From the NCBI RefSeq assembly GCF_001194135.2, contig NC_068984.1, positions 42,909,133 to 42,956,617 of the forward strand: 47,485 nucleotides of DNA. Direction: 5' to 3'. The notes under the pieces are model-generated. The model was not told the origin of the DNA, made no database searches, and worked only from the letters and a program-made list of their open reading frames with translations. The position numbers and the translations under genes are program-made. The DNA is from Octopus bimaculoides. Its lineage: Eukaryota. Below, piece by piece: positions 1 through 11,900 of the stretch; within the stretch, counting starts at the first letter, position 1, and each line of letters begins with the position of its first letter.

Positions 1-46
<46 letters not shown>

Positions 47-50
47 TAGA
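1..50. repeat. (GA)n microsatellite
   Basis: Direct reading of the sequence. Confidence 0.95.
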
Positions 51-978
51 GAAATATATGATAATGTAAAAAAAAGGAGGAGGTGGAGGTAAAAAATGGT
101 AGTTTCCATATCTACTCAATGCTGATTGCCAAATTAAGTGTGTCTATTTCTCTCATGCCTTCTGCCCAATTACCGGCATTTTTTGACAGGGTAAAAGACA
201 TATTAAGGAAATGTCAATGTGTCTGCTTAATATAGTCTACCATTATAATAGGCAGCCTTCGCTTTCATAGCAGCTATTTAACACTTCCAAGCAACACATG
301 TCTTGGGGCGATGAAACATTAAATGAAAAGGGTGAGACATTTGCCTCTCTTTCTCTGTCTCTTATTTTATGCCGGTTTAATGGAATTTGAGAAAGTTCCC
401 ACCATGAATGGGAGTTACTTATAAGACATAATGTGAAAACATTGAAAGAAATATGTTTAGATTGTATTTTCCAATAGAATTTATTGATTTATTTATTTGT
501 ATTTTGTATTTTCGTTTTGCTTTTCTATCTTTTCTTTTTTTTTTTTGTTACACATGTTTCGTTCTTGATTTTCCACATATGGAAAAGATATGTGTGCGTA
601 TATGTGTTTATGCACATATGTGTGTGTGTTTCTGCTAATGCACACACTCAAACACACATACACACATCTATGCATATATAGGTGCATATATANNNNNNNN
701 NNNNNNNNNNNNNNNNNNNNNNNNNNNNNNNNNNNNNNNNNNNNNNNNNNNNNNNNNNNNNNNNNNNNNNNNNNNNNNNNNNNNNNNNNNNNNNNNNNNN
801 NNNNNNNNNNNNNNNNNNNNNNNNNNNNNNNNNNNNNNNNNNNNNNNNNNNNNNNNNNNNNNNNNNNNNNNNNNNNNNNNNNNNNNNNTATACAAATGTA
901 TATATACATATATATGTATATATTTTTATAGCTAAACATGCATCCATACTCACATACATACATACATACATACATACA

Positions 979-1009
<31 letters not shown>

Positions 1010-1236
1010 GAGCACGTGTGTTTCAAAAGGTTTATTGAAAGCGCTCACGCATTAGGACAAAAGCTTCTTCCAAAAAAGGTTAGTAACATCCTGATAAAAG
1101 ATTTTATAACATTTTTAAAAATAATGTTTTTAAATATATCCTTTATACTTAAAAACTATGTTAAGTAATTTTTCACAAAAATTGCCAAGTGTGTTTGTGT
1201 GTGTGCAAATGTGCGTGCGTATGTATGTATGTATGA

Positions 1237-1269
<33 letters not shown>

Positions 1270-1299
1270 TGTATGTATGTATGTATAGAGAGAATTCAC

Positions 1300-2000
1300 A
1301 AAAAAAAAAGGACGAAGACAGGTGGTGTAGAAAATAAACATATGTATTAGTACAGCGCTCGGGAATTGAAAAAAGTTTTTAACGTTTCGAGCCTACGCTC
1401 TTCCACAGAAAGGAACACAGAAAGAAACAAGGAGAGAAACAAGGAGAGAAACAAGCTGAGAAAAAAATGTGTGTAATGGTTAGCGACTATCATGGTGAAT
1501 GCCGGACAGAAGGATCACACAGGTGGAGCTAAGAAGAAGGGGAGATAACAAAGTGGTGGTGATCCCAAAACGAAGGTGCGCGTCTGTAAGATAGTACGTG
1601 TGTGCGTGTGAAAGAGGGCTGGTGATTTTGACGTGTGCGTGTGTGTATTTGTAGGTGGGAAAATGTGGGGATGGGAATTGGTCAGTGCTGGTGTGTGCGT
1701 AGTGGTTTGTTGTGATGTGATGTGTTGTGTGGTATGGTGTGATGTGATGTGGTGTGATGGTGTTGGGAGGTTGGGAGGTGCGAGTGGGGAAAACACGGGT
1801 GGGGCGTGGGTTAGGCTGAGGGTGGGGTAGAGGTGGGGTATGTGGGTAGGCAGAGGTTGGAGGTAGAGGTGGAGCATGTGGGAGAGGGTTAAGGGATGGG
1901 ATGGGATGGGATGGGGAAAGTGGTTTAGGAATGTGTAGGGTTGACGTTGTCTTATGAGGGAGGGTTGATGATGAAGTGGGAAGGGGAGAAGGGGGAGGAA
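1300..2000 (-). mobile_element. Penelope-like element terminal (pLTR-like) fragment with hammerhead-like motif
   Basis: The minus strand is a C-rich low-complexity body followed by ctgtggaagagcgtaggctcgaaacgtta, which resembles the CTGAnGA-A-stem-GAAACGT motif of Penelope-like termini. Boundaries are approximate. Confidence 0.5.
1380..1408 (-). ncRNA. Degenerate minimal hammerhead ribozyme motif (probably inactive)
   Basis: Minus strand reads CTGTGGA A GAGC-GTAG-GCTC GAAA CGTT. Helix II is a perfect 4 bp and ACGT is palindromic, but the core deviates from CUGANGA (A6 to U). Confidence 0.55.
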
Positions 2001-2559
2001 TAGGTGGGTATGAGAGAAGAGAGAAAGAGAGAGAACGAAGGACAAACAGAGAGAGGACGAAAGACAAACAGAAGGAGAGACAGAGAAAGAGAGACACAGA
2101 CAGACAGGCAAACAAAGTTAAAGCTCTACGTAGATTCTCATTATCCAGTCAGCTTCCAGTATAGTGGTTACTCGACCACTGTATTTAGCAGTGTTACTAG
2201 TTATGATATACAGAGCATACGTAGTGGCAAATTAAGATAAAGACATTTACACCTATTTTTATCTTTTCTACTATATTTGTGTCGATATAAGCATACACAC
2301 ATACACGCACTCACACATACACACAGATGTATATATATATTGCATATAAATTTTTATGTACTTATTTTTACANNNNNNNNNNNNNNNNNNNNNNNNNNNN
2401 NNNNNNNNNNNNNNNNNNNNNNNNNNNNNNNNNNNNNNNNNNNNNNNNNNNNNNNNNNNNNNNNNNNNNNNNNNNNNNNNNNNNNNNNNNNNNNNTGCAG
2501 CTAATATGATATGTATATACATCTATACATATCGATACACACCCTGTATATTCCCGCTT

Positions 2560-2830
2560 ACTGATTGGCAATACAACGCCATCCTACCCTGGTTTTTAAA
2601 CGTTTACCTGAATCCTTCCCACAATTATTTTCTTACTTTTAATGTAATATTATTTGTCCTTTATTTTCAACTTTTTTTTCCCACAAAACCCTTTCTTTTC
2701 CACTCCCCTCATCTCTATCTGTCAGACCTTTCTCCCCCTCCCGTCTCTCGCTCTCCCACTCGTTGCCATTTTCTTTGTGACGAGGGGCTAACGTTCGAAA
2801 TGCTGAGGTACTCAATTTCCATTTTTTATC
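2560..2830 (+). mobile_element. Penelope-like terminal fragment with decayed hammerhead motif (2777-2805)
   Basis: gtgacga g gggc-taac-gttc gaaa tgct resembles the ctgacgaagggctaacgctcgaaacgtc motif of invertebrate Penelope-like ends, and follows a pyrimidine-rich tract. Confidence 0.5.
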
Positions 2831-4407
2831 CGTTATAATAGAATCATATTCTTTAATGTGTGTGTGCGTGCATGTGTGTGTTTGCGTGTGTGTGTGTGTG
2901 TGTGTACGTGTGTGTGTTTATGCATATATATATATATATATATATGCGTATATATATATATATATATACGCACATACAAAATTAATACAGGTTTGGTAGG
3001 AAAAAATTCCAGTGAACAAAAAAATCGCCTTACCTCTGCTAGGTCAGCAAAAGTAATGCTGGTTAGTTTGATATCATGATTTCGAATTTAGCACCAAACA
3101 GTACCTGAACAAATTGAAGTCAAGGAGTACGGTTGACATTTATTTATTAATCGCTAAAATTGTTTCTCCAAGAATATGGTCATTTTATTATGTGGCTGTT
3201 CGCATAATGAGATCCAGTTGTGTTTTCTCAGACTATATACGAGTATTATCTCTGTTAGTTTAAAATCGTCGAGAATGAAAAATTAGCAAGAGGAGCTACC
3301 GCACACTTAACCCTACCACACATAGAGGGTTCAGATAGTGGATTGAGCTTTTGATTAACGGAATACGTCCCTTTTACAATAAGAGAAAGAGCACATACTC
3401 TATTTAGGTCAGTTGAAAATTAGAGTAATGCACGATGTTTAGACAGTAATTCGTAACTGCATAACGGAGGTGGTATAAATATTTTTGCAATTCCCCACCA
3501 AAAAACTAGTTTTTGAAGTACACTTACTGTAGTTATTGACTGTGCTGCCAATCATGATGCTGCAGCGGCAACTGGTTTGGCCCCGGCAGCAAGATTGCAT
3601 GTGGAACTGTTGTTAACAGTGGTGGTGAAAGAAACACAAAATATTGTTTTTGCTGGCATGCTGAAGTGTTACCGATTTTCAGAATGGTGAATTGACATTT
3701 TATCCGGTAGTCTCAAGAGCAGTGGAAATACTAGTGGTGATGCCAAAGATGTAGTCATTGTTTTTGCCGTTCTTCCCTCTTTCCTTATATTCCCCATCAT
3801 TATCGTTGCCGTTGTTTCTATCATTGTTGTTGATGTCAATGTGGCTGTCCGTTGGGACAAGCAGGAATAGAAAATCTGTTTTAATAAAAACAATGAAATA
3901 GAAGCTATTATTGCTGCTGAGCCCATTATTATTATAGTTTATTTCTGTTGTTGTTATTACTGCTGCTGCTGTGGTTGCCGCTGAAAAATGTTGAGGTTTC
4001 TAGTGGTGATTGTGATACTGCTGTTGTTCTTGAGATTCAGTTGCTTCAAAATTACTTGGAAAAATTTTCAGAGAAAATCTCATTTACTAGGCAAACGACC
4101 TCTGACGCATTGCAAGCACTTCCATCAGAGCTATCACAAAATGATACTCTCTATCTCCCTCTTTCACTCTCTCTCTCCTTCTCTCTTTTTCTCTCTCTCT
4201 TTCTCTCTCTCATTCTCTCTTCGAAAACAAAGCTATTGACATTTTTATATGATCAGGTTAACTGCTAAACAGCATACAGGTCAAAATAACTGTGTATTCA
4301 AATCTCTTCCCTCTAAGCATGCTACGAACAAAACCAACAAACCACATTTTTAAACTAGTCCGAAAAAAAAATCTACGCATACGATATGTGCAGCTGGAAT
4401 ATCTACT

Positions 4408-4419
4408 ATAATGATAATG

Positions 4420-4480
<61 letters not shown>

Positions 4481-4518
4481 GAAGAAGAAGAAGAAGAAGA
4501 AGAANNNNNNNNNNCAAC

Positions 4519-4552
<34 letters not shown>

Positions 4553-4592
4553 ACAACAACAACAGCAACAACAACAACAACAACAACAACAA
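4408..4592. repeat. Compound trinucleotide microsatellite (AAT)n(AAG)n-N10-(AAC)n
   Basis: Direct reading. Confidence 0.95.
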
Positions 4593-4819
4593 TGAATAAA
4601 CCAATATCTGCAGAACATGCTCCTCAGAAGCAATGAAAGTGAATTTTAACGACAGATGAATAATGAGAATGAACATGAAGGAAAAGATGTGACAAATGCT
4701 GATGCAGCAAGGGACTTTTGATCAGATATTTGAGATAAAGGGAATTGGTTACGAAAATTTAAAAAGGAAATGGAAAATAGCTCAAAACAAAATAATATAA
4801 ATATTCGAAACCGGAAAGA

Positions 4820-6720
4820 AAGAGATGCTTAAACATAACCAAATAGGAAAGCTCACTGGACTAGATGTGATCCCATCATAGATTACAAAAAAAAAAAAAA
4901 CAACCATAAAAATAGGAGAAAGAAAAGGAGGAAAAGTCCGTAATTAAAGGCCTGTTATATGTTTACCATTACAGTCGAAATTAGAAATTAGCTTCATTGT
5001 TGGTAAAATGGGTGGAGAAAGAAATCAAGAATTGCTGATCTGTTGAATATTGATTGTATGTTAAGTGAGGAGCGAATATGAAAGAACTTAACTGTTGGTT
5101 GGAGAGACTACAAGAAAGCCTATGATAATGTAGCACACGACTGTGTCTCGGAGTGCCCGGGGACACTCGGGGGTCCATGAGATTAACACAGTTTTAAAAA
5201 GAAAAAATGAGTTCATGAGAGTAAAAATATAATGCGAAATTGAGCCTATAGGAAATGTGAACATTCCCATGAGAACATTTCAAGGAGGGTCTATGCGCTT
5301 GCTAAAACCAAGGTGAAAAAGTGGATTCTGTGATCCAAACTGTAAGAATATTTAGCAAGGATATCGGTATACATTTCAAGGTAAATAAGTGTGCTGTTGT
5401 AATTATGAAGAGAGACTGAAACATTAAACCCAATGGTATGAATCACCTCAAACAGCAGAATGCAGATGTTACACAAATAGAAACACTGCTACAGACAATC
5501 CATTGGTTTACAAGCGTAATTTATGACATTCTTATTTTAGAAATACATCAATGTTAACTTAAAAAAAGAAAGTTTATAAAAATGGCTAATTTTATGTTAG
5601 ATAAAGAAAGAGAAATATAATAATCATATCAAATTAAAAATTACAAATACCTGTAAATAAATGAGCTGATTAGAGTAAAACGCGTATTAATGAAGAAAAT
5701 ATGTAATATAGCAAACAGAACCAAATGGGAAAAATGAAAAATATTCATCAATAATATAACATTCCTGCAATAAATTATAGGTATATTCCAAACTGGCATT
5801 TATTATATTCTACCTAAAATCTGGCATAAAGTTTATATTTACAGCGAGTACAGGAAGTTAGGGACCTTATGCAACTAAAAATCTGTTATATAATATCCAT
5901 TATAAAACTACGAAGATATCTAGCAAAGAGCAATGGAAAACTACTTGAAATATCGACAAAAATATGAACAAAAACAAAATGCCATTTTTTAAAAAAAGAA
6001 TATAATAAATACTAACCAGATGTTGAAGTAACAAAAATAAGGAACACAAAAATTGTGAATTAGTCACTGAATTCCACGCTAAAACGGTAACAAGTAAAGC
6101 TCTTGCATGACCCCAACCACAAAAAAAAACTGAAGAAGGGGGTTATAACAAAAGAATATCGCATCACTAGCTGAAGAGCACACGTATCAAAGCTAGGAAG
6201 GATTATTGACGGCGGTACAGGAACAAAGCTTTTCGAACAGAAACACCAATACCGTATAATAAATTAGAATAGATTAACTGTAGAATATGTGGAGGCAGAG
6301 AAAAAAAACAATTAAAATGGCCTCTAGCTACCAAGTTTAACCAAGAAAGCACACATCCACAGATTTGACAGAGTTAAAACTATCCTACATTGGAACCTAT
6401 ATCGATATTATGAAATACCCACAGGAAAGACATGGTATTAACATAAACAAAACCGCTCAAGAATGAAAAAGCGACCATACGCTGAAATATGCTAATCCAC
6501 AAATGCAGGGAGAGTAAGGCTAACTACCCAGATATTGTTGTATATTATCAACAGATGATAATGTGACTCTAAAACAAATATGACAATCTGGAAATGACGA
6601 TAACTAGAATGCACAGACTGAAAATAGAACATTCCCTACAGCAACTGGTGCCGTCGTACTGATTAAAAATGCAGTACCTAAAAATACGCACATCATAAGA
6701 AAATAGCCTTACTGAGCATA
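4820..6720 (+). mobile_element. Highly degraded R4/Dong-type (RLE) non-LTR retrotransposon, RT to endonuclease, internally deleted
   Basis: Manual translation, with many stops and frameshifts: KNLTVGWRDYKKAYDNVAHD (5088-5141), RTFQGGSM (~5273), QTVRIFSKDIGIHFKVNKCAV (~5336-5400), YKYL (~5642), AVQEQ (~6210), HRFDRVKTILHWNLY (~6358-6402), YPDIVV (~6525). Confidence 0.8.
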
Positions 6721-6861
6721 TATAATGCGTTGAGCAATATCAGTACAATTGAAATTTATAACTAAAACAAGACTCTGTACATAACCAAAGACGCACTAAG
6801 CTGCGCTCAGCAGTGCACTAGAAAAACGCAATAAGAATAATACAGAATGCTTGTAGTTAAT

Positions 6862-6900
<39 letters not shown>

Positions 6901-6925
6901 AAAGAAGAAGAAGAAGAAGAAGAAG

Positions 6926-6955
<30 letters not shown>
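6862..6955. repeat. (TAC)n(GAA)n compound microsatellite
   Basis: Direct reading. Confidence 0.95.
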
Positions 6956-6957
<2 letters not shown>

Positions 6958-7822
6958 TTGTGCAATCCTGTCTCCCGTTCTCGATCTCCTCATCCCCTTT
7001 TTTCTTTTCTCTCCCCTCTCACCTCTCTGCCTATTTATATATATCTGTTAATATGTGTGTGTATGTACTCGTGTGTATATATATGTATATATATATATAC
7101 ACGAGTGCACACATACATACGTTCATACATACATTCATACATACATATGTATATATGTACTTATTTATATAGAGGGTTAGATACATACACACATAAGTTC
7201 ATTTTATCCATTTTGTTTCTGTTTTTGCTTTGTTTTGCGTTGTGTTTTTCTTTTGTTTTCTATCTTTTCTTCCGTATCTCTTACACCATCTTTCTTGTTA
7301 CCATGGTCACATTTATTTTAAAACAGGAAAAATAAGGAAAACAAATCAAATCAGTCAGTCATGCAACTGTAATAGAAATATCTTTTGACAAAAAGAATTT
7401 GAGTATTGTTTTGATTTTATTTTCTGGGAAGTAATGATCCGTTCAGTCTTTTTGTTTTGTTTTTAATACTAAAGTACGTAGCGTCATCTACAAACACCGA
7501 ATATCTTAAACACAGTTGAGAGAAGAGAGGTTTAAAGCTGACAATAAAAAAGTAGTCAGATGCGAACCAAAAACGATTTTGCAGTTACATTCTCTGAAAT
7601 CTTGGCCTGGGAATCTCAGCTGAAAGCTAACATCTTTTTAACGGAGTTCTTTCACTGCCATTATTAAAAGAGCCCTCATAATATTTCATTGTTTTGTGAA
7701 TTCCATTTATTTAGTTTGTTTGTTTGTTTTTTTCTCTTTATATTATCGTGATTTATACATGTATGTATACTTTTGCGTGTATTTAAGTGTGTGCTTTTGT
7801 GTGAAAGTGTGTATGCATCGAC

Positions 7823-8137
7823 ATATATACATATATAATTAAGATTCAGTTGAATTAGGTACTCAAATTGAAGAACTTTACTAGGTCGGTATAATCTGCA
7901 CACCCGAGCAATATTAATTAAATATTGAATATCAAGACTCCATGCAGGGGTGTTTGCACCTGATATTCCTGCCGTGTGTGCAGGCAACGCAACNNNNNNN
8001 NNNNNNNNNNNNNNNNNNNNNNNNNNNNNNNNNNNNNNNNNNNNNNNNNNNNNNNNNNNNNNNNNNNNNNNNNNNNNNNNNNNNNNNNNNNNNNNNNNNN
8101 NNNNNNNNNNNNNNNNNNNNNNNNNNNNNNNNNNNNN

Positions 8138-8182
<45 letters not shown>

Positions 8183-8340
8183 TAATTAAGATTCAGTTGA
8201 ATTAGGTACTCAAATTGAAGAACTTTACTAGGTCGGTATAATCTGCACACCCGAGCAATATTAATTAAATATTGAATATCAAGACTCCATGCAGGGGTGT
8301 TTGCACCTGATATTCCTGCCGTGTGTGCAGGCAACGCAAC
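7823..8340. other. Identical ~170-bp sequence on both sides of an N-gap (probable assembly overlap artefact)
   Basis: 7823-7993 is repeated at 8169-8340, flanking gap 7994-8137; the copies differ only in the adjacent (AT)n length. Confidence 0.75.
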
Positions 8341-8454
8341 CCAGCTAAGTGAAGATATCTACTCTTTGTAATTCAGGCATATACTTTTATACAGCTACTT
8401 TCTATAGTATTTCCGAAACGCAGATTCTAAGTTATGAGTAACGAGTTAAATGAG

Positions 8455-8508
8455 TAACAAAGATGTACAGGTGTCAATTCATGAATTGACACTTGTGCAC
8501 CTTTGTTA
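8455..8508. repeat. 54-bp near-perfect palindrome (no spacer)
   Basis: taacaaagatgtacaggtgtcaattca|tgaattgacacttgtgcacctttgtta: 24 of 27 pairs are Watson-Crick, 2 are G.T and 1 is A.C. Confidence 0.9.
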
Positions 8509-10120
8509 TATATATATATATATATATAATTTACATTTGACGGATATATATATGTGTGTGTATGTATGTATGTATGTATGTATATATATTTATACCCTGC
8601 CACAGGTTGGTATATATAAAATTATGTAGCGGAGGTTTAATCAATGTGTTCACACGACGTATTATGCAAGACTACCAAAATGCTCTCCCCGACTACTATT
8701 GACCACTACCCTTTATAAAAGTTCTGCTAATCCATTCATCCAATCCACCAGAAGCATCAATCACACTCGCCACAATATCTCCCCCTTTGAGATTGACTTC
8801 CGTTGGAAGTTAATACTATTATTTTTATTTATTTTTGCATCGTCACTTTTATATCCTGATGACTTGTTGCCAGATGTTGCAACGTATTTGTTACACGACC
8901 CTTAGGTAGTATTGTTCGATTTTTGCACACAGCACTCTTTTTCGTTGTATTAAGGACTCCGGTTAGCACTATTGTCCGTTAGATCTGTAATTTTAATGCA
9001 TTTTAATTACCTTTTTCTGATGATATCTGAAAAGAAACAGCAATTTTAGCATAACGTATTAAGCAACACTAATTATAAATAAAAAAAAACATAAGATAAA
9101 CAAGCTCTTGACGGTTTTATAGATATTTCAAAATTATGATGCTATAATGCTAGATGTTTCCATTATTTTGTCCAACCCCTGTATATATATAACACACACA
9201 CACACACACATATATACATATTCACATATTCATACATGCATATATACATACATACCTATTCATACATATACAAGCATTTTTACGTACTCCTCTATGTGCG
9301 TTTGTGTGTATTTGTGAGTATGTTAGTAGGTAGGTATGTATACGTGTAATCACGTGTATTGTGATGCAGTTTACTTGTATGAGGACTTGAAAGTCGTTAA
9401 ATGGAAAATGAACATGCAATACCCCATACTTGTTTACATTTTTACAATCATACTCGCACACGCACATATATAAGCATGTATATATANNNNNNNNNNNNNN
9501 NNNNNNNNNNNNNNNNNNNNNNNNNNNNNNNNNNNNNNNNNNNNNNNNNNNNNNNNNNNNNNNNNNNNNNNNNNNNNNNNNNNNNNNNNNNNNNNNNNNN
9601 NNNNNNNNNNNNNNNNNNNNNNNNNNNNNNNNNNNNNNNNNNNNNNNNNNNNNNNNNNNNNNNNNNNNNNNNNNNNNNNNNNNNNNNNNNNNNNNNNNNN
9701 NNNNNNNNNNNNNNNNNNNNNNNNNNNNNNNNNNNNNNNNNNNNNNNNNNNNNNNNNNNNNNNNNNNNNNNNNNNNNNNNNNNNNNNNNNNNNNNNNNNN
9801 NNNNNNNNNNNNNNNNNNNNNNNNNNNNNNNNNNNNNNNNNNNNNNNNNNNNNNNNNNNNNNNNNNNNNNNNNNNNNNNNNNNNNNNNNNNNNNNNNNNN
9901 NNNNNNNNNNNNNNNNNNNNNNNNNNNNNNNNNNNNNNNNNNNNNNNNNNNNNNNNNNNNNNNNNNNNNNNNNNNNNNNNNNNNNNNNNNNNNNNNNNNN
10001 NNNNNNNNNNNNNNNNNNNNNNNNNNNNNNNNNNNNNNNNNNNNNNNNNNNNNNNNNNNNNNNNNNNNNNNNNNNNNNNNNNNNNNATATATATATATAT
10101 ATACACATATATACATATAT

Positions 10121-10284
10121 ACGACGGGCTTCTTTCAGCTTCCGTCTACCAAATCCATTCATAAGGCTTTGGTCGGCCCGAGGCTATAGTAGAAGACACT
10201 TGCCCAAGGTGCCACGCAGTGGGAATCAACCCGGAACCATGTGGTTGGTAAGCAAGCTACTTACCACACAGCCACTCCTGCGCC
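10121..10284 (-). mobile_element. tRNA-derived SINE, 5' half (head + central domain)
   Basis: Minus strand ggcgcaggagtggctgtgtggtaag...ggttccgggttgattcccactg shows A/B-box-like motifs, then ccttgggcaagtgtcttctactatagcc. Homologous copy at 28663-28815. Confidence 0.85.
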
Positions 10285-10339
10285 TATACTATCTCAGATT
10301 TTTTTAATCTCCACTGCGTGGAGGTCTTCATGGGGGTGG

Positions 10340-10500
10340 TTATTGTGATGCTGATTAGTAATTTCTTTATCCTGCTCATTTCTGACATAGTCCAAGTACG
10401 AAATACCGAAGATGTTGTGCTGGTAACGCATACTGATGCAGAAACAACAGTATGTAGATTTCATCTTGTCTCCAGAAGAACAGTCTTAATGACGTCAGTT
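10340..10500 (-). mobile_element. Possible ancient RTE/L2-like LINE fragment
   Basis: One minus frame reads RYQHNIFGISYLDYVRNE, similar to the LRRILGISWxDxVxNEE motif; the upstream TKxKIY-like motif needs frameshifts. Confidence 0.25.
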
Positions 10501-11729
10501 TTGGAGAATAACAAATGGATTGTGCTTCACTACAGCTGTTTCAGACATGTTTTTTTATTGATGAATAGAAGCGTTACATCATGCGGGGAAAAAAACGTTT
10601 CAGCAGGTGTATGTATGTATATGTATGTGTGTGTGCGTGCGAATCTGTGTGTGTCTGGTGTGTATGTGAATATATATATATATATATATATATANNNNNN
10701 NNNNNNNNNNNNNNNNNNNNNNNNNNNNNNNNNNNNNNNNNNNNNNNNNNNNNNNNNNNNNNNNNNNNNNNNNNNNNNNNNNNNNNNNNNNNNNNNNNNN
10801 NNNNNNNNNNNNNNNNNNNNNNNNNNNNNNNNNNNNNNNNNNNNNNNNNNNNNNNNNNNNNNNNNNNNNNNNNNNNNNNNNNNNNNNNNNNNNNNNNNNN
10901 NNNNNNNNNNNNNNNNNNNNNNNNNNNNNNNNNNNNNNNNNNNNNNNNNNNNNNNNNNNNNNNNNNNNNNNNNNNNNNNNNNNNNNNNNNNNNNNNNNNN
11001 NNNNNNNNNNNNNNNNNNNNNNNNNNNNNNNNNNNNNNNNNNNNNNNNNNNNNNNNNNNNNNNNNNNNNNNNNNNNNNNNNNNNNNNNNNNNNNNNNNNN
11101 NNNNNNNNNNNNNNNNNNNNNNNNNNNNNNNNNNNNNNNNNNNNNNNNNNNNNNNNNNNNNNNNNNNNNNNNNNNNNNNNNNNNNNNNNNNNNNNNNNNN
11201 NNNNNNNNNNNNNNNNNNNNNNNNNNNNNNNNNNNNNNNNNNNNNNNNNNNNNNNNNNNNNNNNNNNNNNNNNNNNNNNNNNNNNNNNNNNNNNNNNNNN
11301 NNNNNNNNNNNNNNNNNNNNNNNNNNNNNNNNNNNNNNNNNNNNNNNNNNNNNNNNNNNNNNNNNNNNNNNNNNNNNNNNNNNNNNNNNNNNNNNNNNNN
11401 NNNNNNNNNNNNNNNNNNNNNNNNNNNNNNNNNNNNNNNNNNNNNNNNNNNNNNNNNNNNNNNNNNNNNNNNNNNNNNNNNNNNNNNNNNNNNNNNNNNN
11501 NNNNNNNNNNNNNNNNNNNNNNNNNNNNNNNNNNNNNNNNNNNNNNNNNNNNNNNNNNNNNNNNNNNNNNNNNNNNNNNNNNNNNNNNTATATATATAGA
11601 CCTGAGTACATTTTTTTATGAAATCTACCAGAAGCCTCCGCTCTCACCGCCGCTGATGTTTATTCAAAGGAAAGACTGCTGATTTGGTCCAATACAGCTT
11701 ATGACAAGTGTCACTGCAATCATTGCCGT

Positions 11730-11900
11730 CAGAACACAAAGAACCGAAATAGATGTCGTCAGACATCTCGTCCGACTCTCTAACAGCTCCACCAATCCAC
11801 TGCGTTGTACTGGAACTTTTAATTGATCCCAAAAGGCAAAGTTGACTTGATCGGGATTTGAAAGCGCAGAGTTGAAACAAATATCACAAAATATTCTATC
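11730..11900 (-). mobile_element. Two degraded fragments of the SINE family with a gcctttcatcc...gtcgataaa central domain
   Basis: aaaggcaaagttgacttgatcgggatttgaa (11832-11862) and a head-like segment at 11735-11795, similar to copies at 15630, 35940 and 43960. Confidence 0.5.

Noticed and set aside
3948-4268. ORF resembling a secreted peptide (MLLLLLLLWLPL...)
   Set aside because: Starts at TTG, the hydrophobic run comes from a (CTG/TTG) repeat, and the tail is (CT)n-derived.
7823-8340. 170-bp direct repeat as LTRs or a biological duplication
   Set aside because: Identical copies sit either side of an N-gap next to a variable (AT)n; typical unmerged contig overlap.
9017-9045. CTGATGA...GAAA hammerhead-like string
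   Set aside because: No helix II pairing, no G10.1-C11.1 pair and no helix I complement.
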